A program made the position numbers and the translations under genes. A stretch of 63,909 nucleotides of DNA, counting the filler, from Choristocarpus tenellus KU-1152 (lineage: Eukaryota; Protista; Phaeophyceae): assembly GCA_964200185.2 (NCBI GenBank). It is 10 parts of 10 records of this genome, joined end to end, with 100 filler letters (N's around TTAATTAATTAA, not from the genome) between each part and the next. Parts side by side here need not be neighbours in the genome. Positions count along the whole stretch, not along the records: positions 35,578 to 39,205 come from CAXNAD020018858.1; positions 39,306 to 47,535 come from CAXNAD020004963.1; positions 47,636 to 57,509 come from CAXNAD020003318.1; 7 more parts are not named here. One strand, given 5' to 3'. Shown here in pieces: positions 37,016 to 51,399 of this stretch (the stretch's first letter is position 1; every line of letters begins with the position of its first letter). The notes under the pieces are model-generated. The model ran no database searches and was not told the origin of the DNA. It saw only the letters and a program-made list of their open reading frames with translations.

Positions 37016-39205
37016 GGCACTGGGGGACCAGACTTCTCGTGCATTGGTTATGAGTTTGATTTGGATCCTGATAGCATTCAAGATGTTCCTACAGCCGTGG
37101 CCTACAGTGGTGGGAAGGGGGGGGAGGAGGAGGATGACAGAGAGGAAGATAGGGAAAGACACTCCAACTACATGATGAATGTTGGTTTGGGGGGGGGGGA
37201 AGGCAGGTGGGGGGGAGAGTTGTGGGTTTGAGTTGACGAGCATGAAGGTCCTTTGCAGTGTTGGAAGGGAGTGAATTTGTGCCATAATATTATTTTCAGG
37301 GCTTGTCTGGAAGTAATAATAATAATAAGGAGACTGTCAGAATTTATTTGTTGGAGAGGTATATTTTTGTAGGACCTGCATCTCTTCATCAGACAAGAGC
37401 CTGTATTATTATCGATCATGCTCAATTCAGTAACATGTACCAATTAAACATCTACACTCTTCCCAAAACATCTGTCTTGTGTTAGAAGGCCCTTCCCTCA
37501 CCCCCTCCCCCTCCCTCTCCTTCCTTCCCTCCCTCCTTCCCTCCCCCCTCTGTTTTCAGGAGGACCTCTTGGAGAGGGTTGAGCGCTGTTTCACTATGTT
37601 CAGGCAGCATGGTGGGAAGTCTCGGAGGCACCGTAAACGCGCAAGGGGTGACAAGGCACGGGCAGAGGCTGATGCCCTGGTGAATGCCCTGGGGGGAGGG
37701 GGAGAAGAGAGGGAGGAAGGGGAAGTGGATGCAAAGGAGGAGCGACGGGCGGCACAGAGGCCCAAGGTGTCCATCAACATATTTGAGGATATTGATGATA
37801 ACAGGTTTGTCCGGTTGGATTTTTTTTTTCTTCTCTTTTTTCTTTTGATTATTATTATTATTATTATTATTATTATTGATGTGTTTGAAAAAAGAAAATT
37901 GATTGTTCGCTTTGTGGAGATTAATTTTTGGTAACAAGGATAGTTTGTGTGAAGGGGGAAGGGGGGAGAGGTTTTCCTATGTCTGTGGTAAGGATGTGAG
38001 TGGGATTTTTTTGTTTTTTCTGTTTGGTCTCTTGTGAGGCGGGAGGGTGAGGGATGTGTACGGGGTTAATATATCTGGTTTCAAATATATATACTTCAAG
38101 TATTCATGTACATAGTACAAAGAGTTGTGTAAAGTATACATAAGTATTGATGCCTTCTCATGATCAGTATACTGTAGGGCAAGACGGGGGATATCGTGCC
38201 CCTCCCTGGGAGGTTTGAATGCCCCCATGAAATGCCTCCTGAGAGAGTAGAGTTACTGCAGTATTTCAAGGCTTTAAATGTGTAAGCAGGAGGAGGGGGG
38301 GGAAGAGCTTATGATGTTTCCCATGTCTCAGAGTAAAGCCCATACGTTAGTAGAGTATGTAAAGCAGGTGATGGCATACTGTTGGAATCTCGAAACCTTC
38401 AATAGTGTTAGGGTACTAGAACCAACAGAAAATAATTACTGTCTGTGGTGCACAGTAGTGATATCATTCTTTAGAATTTATAATAATAATAGTAATGATG
38501 TTTTTCCCCTTGTGCTTTACGGTTCTGCGATGTTCATTTTTTTTTCAATGAATGAACGAGATAAATGGCTTCAATAGCATAATTCTTTTCTTTTTTTATT
38601 GGTAGTACGAGGTTGTTGGTATTTAGGTGCTCCAATTGCCACTACATCATTGACGTGTTCTTATGGAGGTGAAGGGGCTGCACAATCAATTTTGATCACA
38701 ATCAAGCGATTCATGTTGATGACAACAGTCCTGTTATTTGAGTTCCTCTCTTATGGAGGTGGACAATAGTTAGAGCCAGTTCGCTGTTGTTGTTCTTAGG
38801 GTTAGGCTTGTTTTTAACCTCTGCTCCGTTGTGTCTTGGTGTCTCCCATGGACCTCTCAAGGGCGAAGGGGTCCTTTAACTTTCTCCATACAAATCACAC
38901 AAATGCCTGACTGTGTTTAACCAGATCTGGACGAGAATATCATGGACTGGTGCATCGACAAAGTGGTTTAACCAGTTTGACCAGTTTAACCAGTGTGGAG
39001 GTTCCACACACATGCCGTGCTCGTTCAAACTGATGCACCTCTGCCCCATTACTACTATGATATTATTATTATTATTATTATTTTATTTATTACTTTTGAT
39101 ATTTGACTGCAGGTATGTCCCTCCATTGGAGCCCATCCCCAAATCCGAGGCCCTGCCCCCCAGCTCCAAGGGCTACTTTGGGGGGCTCCGTGCTTCACAG
39201 GCAGG
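37016..39205 (+). CDS. Protein RED / IK / SMU2-like spliceosomal factor (internal fragment)
   Basis: Exons 37016-37180, 37560-37804 and 39113-39205(cut) are in frame. IGYEFDLDPDSIQDVPTAVAYS resembles the RED N-domain D(I/V)PT motif, followed by a basic tract, INIFEDIDDNRYVP and GYF. Possible upstream exons near 35932 and 36341 are not certain. Confidence 0.5.
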
Positions 39206-39305
39206 NNNNNNNNNNNNNNNNNNNNNNNNNNNNNNNNNNNNNNNNNNNNTTAATTAATTAANNNNNNNNNNNNNNNNNNNNNNNNNNNNNNNNNNNNNNN
39301 NNNNN

Positions 39306-39463
39306 GGGAGGGTTCTACACCAGGGTGTCTATTTGGGCCTTGAAAAGGAGAAGTGAACTTACATTACCCATCCGACGCATGCAACCAAGTTCACTCAAAA
39401 ATCGTGACATGGAAAAATGGGCCCTGAATGGACAGCCGCCACCCCCCCCCAGAAACTTTGAGC
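39306..39463. mobile_element. MITE family A copy at contig start
   Basis: tctacaccagggtgtc...ggacagccgccacccccccagaaactttgagcc. Confidence 0.75.
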
Positions 39464-39752
39464 CATGGACTTGCAGAGCATGTTTTCCCTTTCAAATTCC
39501 CTCATCACAATAACACCCCACACATGCAACTGGGCGTTTGTTTTTTTGCCCCAAGAAATTATGCATTACAGAAAGCCCCTCTCAGGTTTGCACACAAAAC
39601 CAAACCAATTGCAAGACATCAGCACAACCGTTGTCCACATCCTACTTGAACCATCTAGAGACACAATTGACATTCCTCAGACCTCACAACACATGCTGGT
39701 AGTGCTTGTTACACTTCTATTGTATTATTTCCGTTGTCCATTTGCTGGTCAG

Positions 39753-42700
39753 GTGTGGAGTCCGAAATTGATCCAATGCTAGATCCTGTGATGGAGAAAC
39801 AGTTTATCGTCAAGGGAAAGAAAATGTCTGTTAATGTGTCTGACAAGGTCATGGACTTTGACCCAAACTTCATGATGTACTTCATTACCCGGCTGCCTAA
39901 TCCCAGCTTCAGTCCCGAGCTGCAGGCTAAGGTGGGTCTGGCCCAAGAGAAACTGCCGCAGATGGATTCTTTAGGTCTTAAGATGACAGCTTGTCCCCAA
40001 AGATAGAGGAGAACCTTGCCAATCATTTACTGTGACCTTACGCCAATATCATGTGCTATATCTTATCGTACCAAGTGCTCTTGGTGTACTCTTTTGTCAC
40101 ACTCCCCAGAAGTCTCATAGACCTTGCACCACCACCCGCATACCACTTCTCCCCAGAGCCCAACGTCGCGTGCAATGTTGTAGTAGCAACAGTTTCCAAT
40201 CTCTGGGTTGGTGTGTGTTTGACTGTGTGAATGCCCTTTATCTTAGGTTGCTCTTAGTCTTGGATATTTGTATAACTCATTTCACTTCACTGACCTCTGA
40301 TCTCCTCCACTAACTCCTACTCCCTAGCTCCTCTCCCCAACCTCGTTACCTTGTGATAGCAACCCTTTTTTAAAGTTGTATGTTAACACAGTCTGGATCG
40401 CGGTCATCCAGGTAACATTGGTAGACTTCACTGTGACCCAGAAGGGTCTTGAGGAGCAGCTACTGGGACGTGTAATTGGAAAGGAACAGAAGGCCTTGGA
40501 AGAGCAACTGAGCGAGGTGCTGGAGGAGGTGAACTCCAACACTAAGGTCGGTTCCTCAGTATCATTTGAATTTTGAACAATATGCTAGATTAATCTAGAG
40601 GAAGCACCAGGATTAAGAAGAAAAACAAACTTTCTGCTTGTGCCTGTAATATTTGCTACTCCTGTGTACATTGCATAATCTCCTTTCCTGATATGTGAAA
40701 TATTCTCTTCGTGCCAAGGTGCTTACAAGCTTGTGAGGTATGCAGTTGCCTGATTAGGTGTTAATTTAGGAAAAAGATTATTTTCTCAAGCATTGCCTAA
40801 TAAAGAATAAACCCATTGCTCACCTCTTTCCTCACGAAATTGTCCTTCGATTGGTCCAGTCTCTCCTTGCCCTAGATGCCTCTCTGCTGGAACGACTCAC
40901 TTCCAACACAGGCAACCTATTGGAAGACGAGGAACTTATTGAGGTGCTTGCAAACACGAAGGTAAGAGGCTATGTTTTACCAGGAGGACAGATGGGGGTA
41001 AGGGCTGGAAGAGAGAGGCTTGTCAGGGACCGTGGTCCTTCCCTACCACAAACTTAGTGGCATGGACTTAGGCAGAGGTTAGTATCGAGGCTTTGTGGGG
41101 ATGAGAGAGCTGTTCTTTGACAAAGGAAAAACTAACCAGGCTTGTATACAGTTCGCAAGTTCAACCTCTCTTACGACAGAGATATGGCGTCCATACTTAT
41201 GCCAATAGTACCTAAAACCTCCCGTTGTGTTTGTGGACTTAATGTATCATGCCATCCCTTTCTAACCAATGCTAAACAATATACTGTCAGATGTGAAGTA
41301 CTTCAATCAACTAGAATGAAACAAGTCAATGTCAGGATGTGGAGTAAGCAACAGATCTATGATTGGCGTTTGGCAACCATACACAATACACACATGCATA
41401 CGCAAATGCTGCCTTCAGGCAAAGGCAGCAGATGTAAACCAGAAGCTTATTGCAGCGGATGAAACACGCAAATCTATCAATGAGAAGCGAGAACAGTTCA
41501 GGCCAGTGGCAACACGAGGATCTGTACTCTACTTCTCAGTGGTGGAACTGAGTCTGGTCAATGTTATGTACCAGACTTCTCTGGATCAGTTCCTTGAAAT
41601 ATTTATGGGAAGTATGGACCGAGCAGAAAAGGCTTCCCTGGCTTCAAAGAGGTATGAGTAAACACGATTACTTCCAAAAGGAAAGTAATGAGACCTAGGA
41701 GCGTAGCTTATGATAGCAACTGCAAAAGTGTGATTCTTTGTTTAACACCATTTTGCAGTCGATGAACATTTTTTGGGCCTCCACAAGCCTCTACATCACA
41801 GACAATAGCAATTTTTGTAGCTCAATTTTTTGTCATGAACGGGAATATCTTGGTCACTTTTTGCACTTTCATTGTTGCTGTTGAAAGACATTAGTCGTTT
41901 GTCATGTGAAAGGTGCTAATATCCTGAGCCATATCCAATCCAAACCAGAATTGCAGAAAGTGTGTGGTGCTATAGTGGAATATGTATCCCCCCCTCTTCT
42001 CCTCCCTCCCCTCATGCATCCGTGCTGTTTATTTCAAAATTTATCAACTGTACTTCAGGGTCACCAATATCATTGAGACGATGACCTACATGTGCTATCG
42101 TTATATCAATCGCGGGCTGTATGAGAAGGACAAGCTCACGTTTATCCTCCTTGTCACAATGAAGATCCTTATCACAGCAGACCAGCTCAAACCATCTGAT
42201 CTTACCATCTTCTTGAGGGGTGGGGCTGCTCTCGACATCAACTCGGTGCGATGTAGGCAGCAGGATGGCAGGCAAAAAGATGATCGAGGGGTAAATGGGG
42301 GAGGGGATTGTGGCTCAGCGTAGGAAAACTCGTGAGGAAGCAACAAGGAACTATAGAGCCAAAATTGAATAGTACAAATACACACACAGATCCAAGAAAA
42401 GCTGCAACTCAAAGGACATACACAGCTTCTACCAGAGTTCTTTGAGAGTATATGTCAAGCTTCCTACTTAATCAGAAGTGCCCCATCCCCCCTTGTTCCC
42501 TCCTTTGTCCAGCTCTGTTCTCGTATTTGACCACTATCTTTCTCGCACTGGTCTCTCACTGTACTCTCACTCTCAACGTGTCCCTTTGCCCACCGCACTG
42601 TGATTTAAAGCCTTATTTATTCTTCATATATATGCTTGGTTGATCTTTAGTCCACTACCACTTGCACTCACAAATCCTGATTATTCTCAGGTGCGGAGGA

Positions 42701-45700
42701 AGCCATTCAACTGGATCTCAAATGAGGCTTGGCTGAATGTATTGGAGCTCAGTCAGTCCTCCAAGTTCTTCACCAATCTTCCCAATGATATGACAGGCAA
42801 CGAGTCCATGTGGAGAAGGCGAGGCAGAGTATAGACAAAGTACTTTTTTCAGTGGTGTGGATAGTCTCTATTCTATATCTGAGGACTAATTTGGGAGCCA
42901 CAATGACCATTTCAATCCGACTATATTATTGCTAAACCATGGTATGTACAGTACTGCATATTGCTGCTGATCCTATGACCCTCTCTTCAATAATATAGTA
43001 GCCCCAGATAATCCACTTGTCCACAACGTTTGGGGTGTGCTATTTTCCTTACGCCTGACATGTCTATTCCACAACCTGCAGATGGTACGAAGACAATGAG
43101 CCAGAGTCCATCGCAATACCAGACTATGAGAATCGCATCCTGGAGCAGGTGAGACAGATACATATGTTCAGTAGTACACAGTACTTATTTGCGCCTCACC
43201 TACAAGCTCAATGTCCTTCTGTTGATGCTGCTACTCATCCTAGTACCCTCTACTCTAGCAAATCGTATAAACACCCTCCCAACTTGTACTTCTCATCTCT
43301 TACGTATCCCCCTTCTCCTCTTCCTTGGTATGCTTGGCATCAAAGGTGGATATCGGACCGTTTTACAAGCTTCTCCTTGTTCGCTCACTGCGCATGGACC
43401 GCACAATCCTTACCTGCAAAGAGTTCATTCGCAACATCGCAGACATGGGTCCAGCCTATGTTGAACCCGTCACCGACACAATTGAGATGATATTTGAGGA
43501 AATGGTGAGATAATCCTGGGTGTCTCCGTTGTTCCCTGGCAAAGGAAAAAGTAGATTTGGATCTTCCTTCAGGTAGATGCCACTTTCATGGCCTCATGAC
43601 TGAAAACACGGTAGCATTAGAAACAACTCTTATATTGGAAAAAATTCAGTCATTTATTTGGTTCAAGCTAGGTCTTTGGACATACGACAAGTTGAGGAGG
43701 AAATTTCAAAATTTGCTTCACTATCTAATGTGGTACATCGTCTGGAGCTCTAAGCAGAATAATTTCCCAACCCTCCTGCTGCTCACAATAGGTACATTCT
43801 TCATCTATAATTCATTCCTAGAACTAATCCTAAGACTCAACATTGGGCACTTTTCCTCTCCTCTCCCTTTCTAGGTTGCAGAGATTCCTGTCATCTTCCT
43901 CCTTTCAGTGGGAGCTGATCCAACTGAGAGTATCGAAACTCTTGCCCGTAAGAAGAAGGTGATCAACTCACATGCAACTGTAACTTTCTTGTTGAACTCC
44001 ATAGGATTTCTTGCGGTGAATTGAACGTCTTTCTTGCCTTTATCCTTACCTTTTCCAAAGAAAAAACATATTCTCACATGTCCAGAAGAAGTTGGCTTCG
44101 GCTAAGTTTATCATCTAGTCCCCTGTATGCTTCTTTAGTATCTACTACTACCTCCAAAAACTGATGAGACCACCTTCCAACACTTCACATTTTTCTGTGC
44201 TATAGTGTGTCTCTATCTCTACTCATCGAGCACATTGATGTATTCATACCCACCCTCGTGCCTCCTGCCAATATACCTCCTTGTGCGCTGGCAAAACTAG
44301 CTGTCTCCGCCAGCAGTGATATCACTAGGAGAAGGACAAGAACCTGTTGCCATCCGTGCGATGAATGCAGCTGCTGTCAACGGGACTTGGGTACTCCTTC
44401 AGAATTGTGAATTGGGTTTGGACCTCATGAATGAGATGGAGGTAACAGCATACTATTGTGCGTAGTTTGAGAGGCAGGGAAGTAGCAACCAACCAGGAAA
44501 TTGTTTACTATGAAGCATTTTGCAGTGATTGGCCAATAGAAGAGAATAGTGTTTCAGGATGTTGACTGCTGAGTAGGAGGAAAATATCTACTTCCTCTTT
44601 TGCCCGCTCTGTTTCAAGTTTCGTTGCCACTTTTCCTTAATCCACAAGTGGTGACCTATGAACAGTATTCTCTTCGATTCACTTGCTCTCCCTATTTCAT
44701 TGCTCATTTTATTCTTATTCTACAACATGAGTGCCATGCACCTTAGGGTGTAGAAACAACATGTTTTGTGGGTGAGGTTTGAACCCTATGATCTAGACAT
44801 CTTTGTGACAGAAGGAATCTTGTTTCTGTAATACTGAGATGCTTGAAATATGGTGCATGAAGCTGCTTGAAACATCGCCGCAGAATTGACCATCGACTGA
44901 CTTGCCTCATTTTCCCACCATGAACTAAGAGGCTCTAACCCTATTAGCAGACCGAAAATGGTGTGGATTACCGTTGCTTACAATAAGCAATTTCATATGT
45001 TTTCACATTTTTTTATCACTCCTAACTCTTCAGAGACACTATCAATGATCTCCCACATCGGTAGCATTGGGAAATCAGAGGTCAAGTCTTCATGAAGCCC
45101 TGAGTATGAGAGGCACTCTTGGGGGTTGATATCCCTCACAAGGTCGTTTTAATGTACCCCATTCACCTCTTTGATATGTCCCTGCCGATTAGCTTCACAC
45201 ACACTCCACCTTCAGTAAAGTTCACAAGGGCGATCCATAAACACCCTATCTACCCTACCCGCACCTCAACTCTTTGACTTCACCTGTGCCTATAGGACCT
45301 CCTCGTCAAACTGATGGAAGGAATGGACCCTTCCTTCCGACTGTTCATTACAGCACTTCCCAATAATGAGTTTCCATTGGGGCTGCTTCAGATGTGCACC
45401 AAGGTATAGACGTCAGGCACAGCAGGCACAAGCAGCTTGTCTACCCCCACAATGCCCCTCTTTCCATCAATCACCATGAAAATATCCGAATGTAGATATG
45501 TACGTAGCAATTGAAGTTCAAGCTGCTCCATACATGCAGGGAATGAATGATACATGACATTTCATTGCTCACCACCTTCTGTCACCTACAATAGGTCACT
45601 AATGAACCACCAGCGGGTCTCAAGGCAGGTATTCTACGCTCTTACACAGTAATCGTAGACCAGGAGCGTCTTGAAAGGGTTGAGACAGCACAGTGGAGGC

Positions 45701-46485
45701 AGCTCCTGTTCGCATTGTGCTTCATGCACTCTGTGGTGAGAGAAGCATTCGTTGGGATATTGCTATGTGAAGTGTGAGGAATAGACATGACCTTGCTGTT
45801 CTGCTGGCAGTGTTGTGACCAGACTAATCAAATGTTCTGGAAAGAGATATTGCTCCTCTAAAAAGTGATTATTTCACACGAGGCGGATTTTTTTTTTCTT
45901 ACTACTACTGGTATGGAATCATTCTATGAACCTTTTTCTCAAGGTCTCAGCTCATTTGTGGAACCTTGTCCATGACTTGATCGAGACATGCTAAGTACCT
46001 CCACCTGGGTAGTCCAGAAAGCATTGGGGCTCCCTAGTTTTACAACACAGACACATTATTTATTTATTGAAGTGTGTTCCAAGGCCCCTCAAATAACCTC
46101 AAAGAAAATAGAGTGAACACTAGGTGAGAATTATATAGAACGGTGTATGCAGTGTACTATTTTCTGTTAGGTGACTCAAAACGATTTTCCCTCTCCTTTC
46201 AAATATGATATTGGTTGGAGTCAAGCTACTATGATAACTATTACAGAAAAAATATTTTTAGAAGTAGACCACCAAGATCTCTACATCCACCCCATGTCAC
46301 TTTCCTCACTCAATGACTTTCAGTCTTTTTTTATTGTACTTGTGTGACCTCCTCATATCGTCCCAGGTCCAGGAGCGTCGAAAGTTCGGACCTTTGGGGT
46401 GGTGCATACCGTACGAGTACAACAACGGCGACCTCACCGCATGCATCCTCTTCTTAGAAAAGCATCTGTACAATGGGCCGATTAG
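39753..46485 (+). CDS. Axonemal dynein heavy chain, outer-arm gamma (DNAH5/8, ODA2)-like; internal fragment spanning AAA5 to AAA6
   Basis: Thirteen in-frame exons: 39753-39931, 40412-40546, 40860-40961, 41419-41651, 42059-42245, 42691-42818, 43082-43148, 43346-43504, 43875-43958, 44301-44441, 45296-45403, 45595-45735 and 46367-46485. Motifs TRLPNPSFSPE, DFTVTQKGLEEQLL, FRPVATRGSVLYF, MYQTSL, FLLSVGADP, SLGEGQ, GTWVLLQNC, TNEPPAGLK and QERRKFGPLGW. Confidence 0.95.
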
Positions 46486-47497
46486 GTATGTTTCTAGTGT
46501 TGTGAATATAAGTCATTTATGATCACTAGTTACATCTGGGAGAAAAAATTCAATGTAGTTGATTATAGTTGAATTTTATGCAGAGTGTGAATGGTGAGGA
46601 ATGCAAATTGCTGAGCGCTGCAGAGCTTAGCAAGCAGAGGACAAAGCATGTTAATTTGTGAGAAGCCAAAAAATCGAAAAAAATCGCATCAGCATTATTT
46701 TCATTTGATCGCTATCAAATGGAATTGTGAGCAAATATAAATCAAAGGTACACAGGTTTTGGCCGTTTTGCATTTTAAGCCATTTATTATCTTTTGTCAT
46801 TCACCCATATGTCTATGGATGAAGTGCTAAGATTGACTGGAGAGGGTTGATCTCTCTACTGTTGAAGAAAATAAACAGTATTTAGAAGAAATCTTCTTAC
46901 GAATTTGGGAAAATAGTCGAATTTTGCACTTTTGTGACCATCCTCATAATACATCCCCGGGTACCTCCCTTTTGCATTGGCTCTGCAGTAGTGTATTTGC
47001 TATGATTCACAAGAGCATTTGTTAGAGAAAGGGAAATGTTTCTTTCCACACATGTACTTGTGAGTGTGGCTAATGGAAGTCTGGTGTCATGAGTTGGACG
47101 TTTTGAGACGTTAGTCTCTTAGTTTTCTTTATTGAGTGCTGGTATACAGCTTCAGAATTTTCTCTTTTTTCAAAAGCCCTCGAAAAAAAAACAATATTTC
47201 AACACTCAGCAATTGAGTGCATTGTCTCTGCGTCAAGAGGGACGTTCACAAACTCTGTGTGCAAGTGTTCATCACCCAAGCAAAGACAAGGCCTTAAAAC
47301 TACACATGTTCTTCCTGATAATTTCAGGAGAGAGGGCATGGCCATACTATTAGTGACAATGCCATTTCGTTTGAACTCAGTGCTTCTTTCATAGGGCATA
47401 TCTCAGATGCCGAAGTGTTTCAAACAGTGCTTAGACCTCACATTGCAATTTCAAGAATCACCTAGGTATTTGGTCGCACAACAATGGCAATGTGAGA

Positions 47498-47535
47498 CCC
47501 AAAGTATCTGGGAGGGGGGGGGGGTCTACACCAGG
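47498..47535. mobile_element. MITE family A terminus at contig end
   Basis: gacccaaagtatctgggagggggggggtctacaccagg. Confidence 0.75.
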
Positions 47536-50500
47536 NNNNNNNNNNNNNNNNNNNNNNNNNNNNNNNNNNNNNNNNNNNNTTAATTAATTAANNNNNNNNN
47601 NNNNNNNNNNNNNNNNNNNNNNNNNNNNNNNNNNNCAGTGCAGTGCACCAATCAACAGTCAGTACAAGCTGGTAGATGTGTATCATATCAACAAGAAACA
47701 AATGAGTAGCCTATGTTTTAACAGTGTGTTCGTATGTGTGATAGGAATCGACTGTTCTCATGCTTCCTATGTACTGTGGTGCTGTGATGAAGAGCTAATG
47801 AGGTAAGTGAGAATAGCCACCACTACAATGGACAGATCAACATTCAGTACGGACTGACGATACTGTATCGTATTAAAACAAATCAAATGAATAGCCTATG
47901 TTTTAAGGTGTAGGTAAAATGTATACGTTAGGAAAAGGTGTGTTCGGAACAAGGATATTGATATTTCCTAACACACAAAATAGCCAAAGTTACATCGAAA
48001 CCGCAACATTGGATTTTGGGCCCCAAACGGACGAGGCTATACCCTCTAAGATACTTTGACTCACTCTAAGTCAGATTTCCTTGGAAATAAGTTTGGCAGC
48101 GAAGAGTTCCGATCCTCTAAAATGATGCGGGTAACCGCCGTCTTTATCACTGAACCACGAGGACGTAGATCAAATGCACGTGACAACCTAATTGGCTGAA
48201 CAGCCAGCCAAGCAACGTGCATGATACTCGCGGAGGAGATGGACGAGCATTTGCCCAGGACGATGGACGTTACAGGGTAAACAAGGGCGAACATTTGAAG
48301 ATATCGGACGATATCGAACAAGTGGACTTGAGCGTTTTCTGAACAACGGACGGATGATATGAGCGAGTACAATAGACATAATCCCTTTTTGTATGAATTT
48401 ATCTTTCTACGAAACTTCTTCCAACCGTTATTTTGGTGCTATATTAACATCCTCTACATAGTGAGTGAAACTGTAAACTCCAGCACAAATTATTCCTATC
48501 CACGATTGCCTTCCTCCTGTGACTATCTCCCCCCCAACGTGGAATCACCCAAACAACCAATTAATCACCACACCTATCTTGCTGACCTCCTCACCAACAT
48601 GATATCACGGATCCCATTCCACAGACACAAACCTCAGAATGGCCATGGAGTCTTTTCCTCTACTACAAGGAGTGTCCCGCTAATCTGGTGGTTGTGTTGT
48701 ATTCAGTTTGAAGTAGTATTATGATAGATAAGTAGGACCCAAGGCACCATGCAAGGTTGTGGGACAGGCGTGAGTGCATTATTATCACGAAAAAGAGTGA
48801 GCCCTCTACTGACAGAGGAATGTCTCCAACCTCATCCAAATTATCTACGATATGGTATCTATGTTATCGTAATTGAAAAATATTTGCATCTAAACTTGCT
48901 CTGGACTACTTGATAAAAATAATGGATTCTTTGTGCCAGCGACAATGGTCGTTTTAATAATATTTTATGCTCCCCACAACCGCCAACGTACTCTCCAGGA
49001 TTCAGTCAGTGATGTTTATGTGATATGTGACCACACTCTCTTTCGAAATTTTCCTCATCCCTTACCAATAGCACGCATTTGCTGTGTAGCCTTCCCTCCC
49101 TTCCTAATCATATTGTTTCAGTAATTTCTACAACTGTTATTGGCATTAAAGACTTTATTGTCATAAATATTAACCATTCCGAAATAAAATTAGATATTAC
49201 CACGGGGGACTTATGCACCAGTGCTGTTACAACTTATTACTCTGGCAAAGAAGTCAAACTCTTTTTGTACACATTTGTGAATATATGTTATTTTCAACAT
49301 TATACATTCTACTCTTGTCAATAATATTAAAACAGGAGTGAGATAGCAAGGTAGATGCTCATATTGTCTGGCATGGGCATAGGTAATATTGTTGCCTCCT
49401 ATCAAATCATATGAGACAGTTCATAACCTCGACAAAGGTTGTGCCTCTTTTGAATCTGAGAAGTAGTGTAGTGGTGATATTCGGTGGACAGATCAATGAG
49501 TCGGTGTACGGCTAGCACAACACTCCCCAAAAAAACACTTAAGGGTAAAAGCCTCCATTATTGACCTTCACTCATCAGAGAGAGAAAGAGAGAGCTAGAG
49601 GACTCAAACATTCAATACAACAAAGGAAACTAAACATGAAAGACAGCACTCAACAAATTAGTAGAGAACATTCTCATCCATAGAGATCATATGTTAGTCA
49701 GAAAATTCCATCATAATGTCCTTATTCTATTGCAGTGCTTCATGGCTAGGGAGCCAAAGTTGTGCAATTAGGACCCGGTGAGTGATGTCAAAAATATTCA
49801 CAATCAAGTCCAATTCAACATCGTTTTTTCAGAAGAAATAGACGCAAGGATATCCAATGGATGGCTTGACCGATCACTGATCACCTATGCTATGTTTTAG
49901 GCAATGAAAGGATATGCTGGCATGGATATTATGGGTCAGACAACAAAAAAGGAGTGCCAGTGGGAATTGTGAGTATACTTGGTGTTCTTTTGCCATACTA
50001 GAACTGTCCCAGAGTGTTGTTGATGATATGATGTAGGCGTGACATTCCTATTGTCGGTCGCACAAAGAATGCACTGACCGCAATCATGACTGATCAACAC
50101 ATCAAGTATCCAAGATTTTGGGTGGGGGGGGGCTGGAGCGAAAGCTCGTTCAGAGCAGGCCAAAGGTGTGTATGCCGATGGAAAAAAAGTTAGGAATTTG
50201 TCTAATCACAAGTCCCCTGATATCACGCCATGGTTGATGATTGCAATTTTGTTCTCTAAGTATGCATATTGTCCACAAAACCTCATGCTTACACTAACAT
50301 TCCATACTCCAGGCAGTCCATTAGGTGTCAGAGATTTGACAGGAACTTACAGGAATCGTATTGTCATGGGACCATTTAGTTCGGAACTGCAATGAAGCAG
50401 TGCTTAGTGGATTGCAGCCATTGAAATCTCCTACCCCGCGCAATTTCCATTGGAAACCTGATTTTACCTTCTACACTTGTCTGTCTGGCAGAAGAAGCTA

Positions 50501-51399
50501 TTCAAATCAAGCCTTACCCATGCTACATGCTTCATATTTTGCTGGGCTATCATCTACAATGTGTCTTTACACTTATTCTAAATGGTGCAAGTTAAAACCA
50601 ACAACATGCTCAAAATCACAAAAAGACCTCTACACAGAACTATTGGTTATCGAGGTGATTCAATACCCCCTCTCTCTACGACACACTTAGATGAAAATGA
50701 AGAGGTGGATTTCAAATGAGAAGGTCCAACATTTGCTCTCTTGCTTTGAGGGGAAAAAAGTATCACCAATTGGACAGTTCTTAGTGTGTATTGCAGCCCC
50801 TTAACCATTGACCATTGGCCATGTTCAAAAGATCTCTCCCCCTCCCTCTCATGGGGCATGAAGCAGTGTAAAATGAGAAATATGTTGAAATTAAAAATAA
50901 ATAATTTGTTGTACAATTGTAAAGAAATGTATGTATATTTGCTTGAAGTGGTGTTGTTTATGCTCAAAATAACGAATTCCAATCAAGCACCCAGCCGTCT
51001 CCTCGACCTCCATCCATGTACTAGAGTCACAAACCCTAACCCTAAATGGTATGTTGAATTCTGTTGATGCTGAAGTGTGAGTGAGCTCGGCTCCATTATT
51101 CTGCTTTTTCGTCTGATACATACACATGCTCCCTTGCGAACATTTAATCATTGATTTGCAGGATGGAAATCAGTCCCTACTTGTTCCTCCAAATCAGAAA
51201 ACGATACTTTTCAACCTCCACATTCAATATAATCTTTAAGGGTTTTGGGAGGACTGCTGTTCATTGATCACCAAACCCTATAGCAAGTTCCACCCTTACA
51301 CACTGAAAGAAAAGCCTTCCTACCAAAATAGTGCAAGGCATCTGTTCTGGTGTCCACGTTAATATGCAAGAAGTATTGGGTGTGGCTGACTGATTTCTC

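Noticed and set aside
5336-46485. Apparent flagellar gene cluster (DYBLUP-like gene plus dynein heavy chain)
   Set aside because: The genes are on different contigs separated by spacers, so no linkage can be inferred. The heavy chain also looks outer-arm type, whereas DYBLUP is associated with inner-arm dynein f.
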